A stretch of 16,392 bases of DNA from a virus (lineage: Duplodnaviria; Heunggongvirae; Uroviricota; Caudoviricetes): IMG/VR virus record IMGVR_UViG_2541047751_000017; one strand, given 5' to 3'. Under the pieces are notes generated by a model. The model made no database searches and was not told where the DNA came from. It saw only the letters and a program-made list of their open reading frames with translations. Made by a program: the position numbers and the translations under genes. Shown in pieces: positions 14,587 to 16,392 of this stretch (the first letter of the stretch is position 1; every line of letters begins with the position of its first letter).

Positions 14587-15846
14587 TTACTTTGCCTTTC
14601 TGATAGGCGTCACGTTGTAATCTTCGCCCTTCTCCAGAGCCACCAGCAAGCCCGCCCACTGTGTTAACGCAGCCCGGCGCTCGTCAAAGTATTGGTGACG
14701 GTTATAGATACCCTCAACGCCTTTTATGCGGTGATTGAGGCATCTTTCAGCCACTACCGGATCAACGCCCAGCGCTGCTAAATGAGTACGTGCGGTGCGT
14801 CGGAAGTCGTGAATCGTGAAATTAGGCACATCCGGCATTTCGGCGCGAACCTTAGCCAGTGCTACGGGTAAAGTGCTTTCCTGAATATGTGGAATCATTC
14901 TGTTTTGCATCTTCCTGGCCGGAAGCACCCATGCGCTATTACATGAAAAGGTGTGTAGCTCTCTCAACCATTCAACGGCTGGGGAAGGTAGAGGTATATC
15001 AATAGGGTCTCCGTTTTTGCTGCGTTCTTCCGGCAAATGCCATACCGCACCATCTAAATCAAACTCTTCCCATCGTGCGGCGCATAACTCCATCTTACGA
15101 ACGCATAGTGCCAGCAATAGCTTAAATGTCAGTTCGTTTTGGCGGCTGAATCCTTTTGCGGTGCGCATAGCCTCGAATAGCCTGATAAGCTCATCGCGAG
15201 TTAGCCAACGGTCGCGGGAAACCTCTTTACCACCAGCATCAGATACTTCAAACGCTGAACAAGGGTTTATCTCCAGAGCGTGGCGTTTTATCCCATAGTC
15301 AAAGATACGGCGTGTCCAGCGTAATACATCTGTTGCTATCGTTGGTGCTCCTCGGTCAACGATACCTTTCAACATGTCGTCAATGTGGCGTGGCTTAACG
15401 TCCTCTACCTTCATATGCCCAATGCAGGGGTTAATATCCTTATCAATTCTCCGGCGAAGGATATCGGGATGTTTCCATCTCGGAAGTATCTGTCGCTCGA
15501 AGTATTCGGCGGCCAGATCTGAAACGCGCATGGCGTTTTTCTCAGCCTCCATTTTTGCCAGTGCTTCAGCTTTTCGTTCCTGTTTTTCTGCTGCTACGTC
15601 ATAGCCAAGAGCAACTCTGGCTGACAGCTCTTTTGCTGTTTCTCTGGCTTTTGATAGTGACAGTTCGGAGTAAGAGCCGATAACCATAGCCCGCTGTTTT
15701 CCTGCGAGCTTATATCGGAATCGCCAGAACGGGACTGTGTAGTTTTTGGGGTAGCAAATATAAAGGCCGTTGCCGTCTGCCTTGCCATCAAATCTGTCTC
15801 CCGCCTTTATCCATGCGCGGATCTGCATATCTGTGAGTTTTGGCAT
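14587..15846 (-). CDS. int: Tyrosine-type site-specific integrase, P4-like (N-terminal arm-binding domain plus catalytic domain)
   Basis: N-terminus LTDMQIRAW...DGNGLYICY...WRFRYKLAGKQRAMVIGSY fits the P4-type integrase N-domain pattern. C-terminus carries HDFRRT (H-x-x-R) and GIYNRHQY (tyrosine nucleophile region). Start placed at ATG 15846 (MPKL...); the track ORF begins 28 codons upstream. Confidence 0.9.
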   Translation of the reverse strand: MPKLTDMQIRAWIKAGDRFDGKADGNGLYICYPKNYTVPFWRFRYKLAGKQRAMVIGSYSELSLSKARETAKELSARVALGYDVAAEKQERKAEALAKMEAEKNAMRVSDLAAEYFERQILPRWKHPDILRRRIDKDINPCIGHMKVEDVKPRHIDDMLKGIVDRGAPTIATDVLRWTRRIFDYGIKRHALEINPCSAFEVSDAGGKEVSRDRWLTRDELIRLFEAMRTAKGFSRQNELTFKLLLALCVRKMELCAARWEEFDLDGAVWHLPEERSKNGDPIDIPLPSPAVEWLRELHTFSCNSAWVLPARKMQNRMIPHIQESTLPVALAKVRAEMPDVPNFTIHDFRRTARTHLAALGVDPVVAERCLNHRIKGVEGIYNRHQYFDERRAALTQWAGLLVALEKGEDYNVTPIRKAK

Positions 15847-15875
15847 TGCGAATACCTGAATATCGAATATGGGTG

Positions 15876-15926
15876 TGTACATAAAGCAATGTACATGAAA
15901 GTCATTATGTACACCTCTATGTACAC
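15876..15926. repeat. Four direct copies of TGTACA(Y) upstream of int; putative integrase arm sites or int operators
   Basis: TGTACAT at 15876 and 15890, TGTACAC at 15909 and 15920, all in the same orientation within 50 bp just upstream of the int start. Confidence 0.4.
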
Positions 15927-15971
15927 GCATATTGTGCGCTTTGTTGCGTCGTTATGATAGCTCATGATAAC

Positions 15972-16008
15972 AAAAAAGCCCGACATTTCGCGGGCTTTGT
16001 GGTTTTTT
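15972..16008. terminator. Bidirectional rho-independent terminator between int and the OMP gene fragment
   Basis: Stem AGCCCG (15977-15982) / CGGGCT (15991-15996) with 8-nt loop; A6 upstream (15972-15977, giving U6 after the stem on the minus strand) and a T-rich tract with T6 at 16003-16008 downstream. Confidence 0.55.
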
Positions 16009-16080
16009 GCTGCTTGGTGATTTTTACTGATAGCTTATTCGATATTCTGAATCAGAAACAGCAGTGCATTCACTCCATGG

Positions 16081-16392
16081 GTGTCTGTTGGACTGGGTTA
16101 TGCACGGATACATCATAAGGCAACATATACTGATACCTCCTGGAATAAATCTGGTGAGGTGAGCGATATTTCTGCGTTGCATTACTCGGGATATGATAAC
16201 AATTTCGCATGGAGCATTGGGGCCGGTGTTCGCTATGACATAACCCCGGATATCGCTCTTGACCTCAGCTATCGCTATCTGGATGCTGGTAAATCCTCCC
16301 TGTCTTACAAGGATGCAGAAGGGGATAAATATAAATCAGAGGCTGACGTTAAAAGTCATGACATCATGTTTGGTGTGACTTATAACTTCTGA
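16081..16392 (+). pseudogene. 5'-truncated outer-membrane beta-barrel protein gene, Ail/Lom/OmpX/PagC family (C-terminal about 100 codons)
   Basis: Ends with a beta-barrel terminus (...IMFGVTYNF, terminal Phe) and alternating aromatic strands (YDITPDIALDLSYRY). An in-frame TGA at 16048 and absence of signal peptide or RBS upstream show the N-terminal part is missing. Confidence 0.6.

Noticed and set aside
13598-14659. ORFs 13598-13894 (+), 13794-13997 (-), 14152-14361 (+), 14417-14659 (-)
   Set aside because: Nested in or overlapping the 293-aa gene and the int 3' end; low-complexity translations typical of alternative frames in AT-rich DNA.
14587-15930. Longer integrase form starting at 15930 (28 extra residues), and ORFs inside int (14951-15298, 15374-15604, 15594-15791)
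   Set aside because: The extension (MRVHRGVHNDFHVHCFMYTPIFDIQVFA) reads through the TGTACA repeat region and is not protein-like; the conserved N-terminus begins at MPKLTDMQ. Internal ORFs are off-frame.
15930-16080. tRNA or tmRNA expected next to a P4-type integrase
   Set aside because: No T-loop-like GGTTCGANTCC motif or acceptor-stem and CCA arrangement was seen on either strand; only a terminator hairpin is present. The attachment site may lie outside the window.
1-16392. CRISPR arrays, IS elements or transposases, rRNA
   Set aside because: The only short tandem repeats are the origin iterons and TGTACA repeats, which lack CRISPR-like spacing. No transposase-like ORF or terminal inverted repeats flanking a gene were found.

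Overview
The window reads as one mobile-element segment with almost every gene on the minus strand; it looks enterobacterial, but that is inferred only from the phage families the genes resemble. From right to left: (1) a 5'-truncated Ail/Lom/OmpX-type outer-membrane protein gene fragment and a bidirectional terminator; (2) a P4-type tyrosine integrase with TGTACA repeats upstream; (3) an AT-rich 293-aa orphan gene sitting between int and alpA; (4) an AlpA-family regulator heading a translationally coupled operon (143-aa protein, AntA-type antirepressor, several small proteins) that ends in a 919-aa P4-alpha-like primase-helicase; (5) a putative replication origin of six 9-bp iterons around an AT-rich spacer, then a minus-strand terminator; (6) a second coupled operon of 153, 225, 473 and 701 aa proteins whose sizes, order and glycine-rich hydrophobic tails resemble the P22-type ejection (DNA-transfer) protein module; (7) a convergent AT-rich gene for a 4-TM membrane protein. 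The core (int, alpA, primase, iteron origin, co-oriented genes) matches a P4/PICI-like phage satellite. The most unusual features are the ejection-protein-like module inside that architecture and the two AT-rich cargo genes at its edges. No tRNA, rRNA, CRISPR array or transposase was seen. All product calls rest on motifs and architecture read by eye; no homology search was run.
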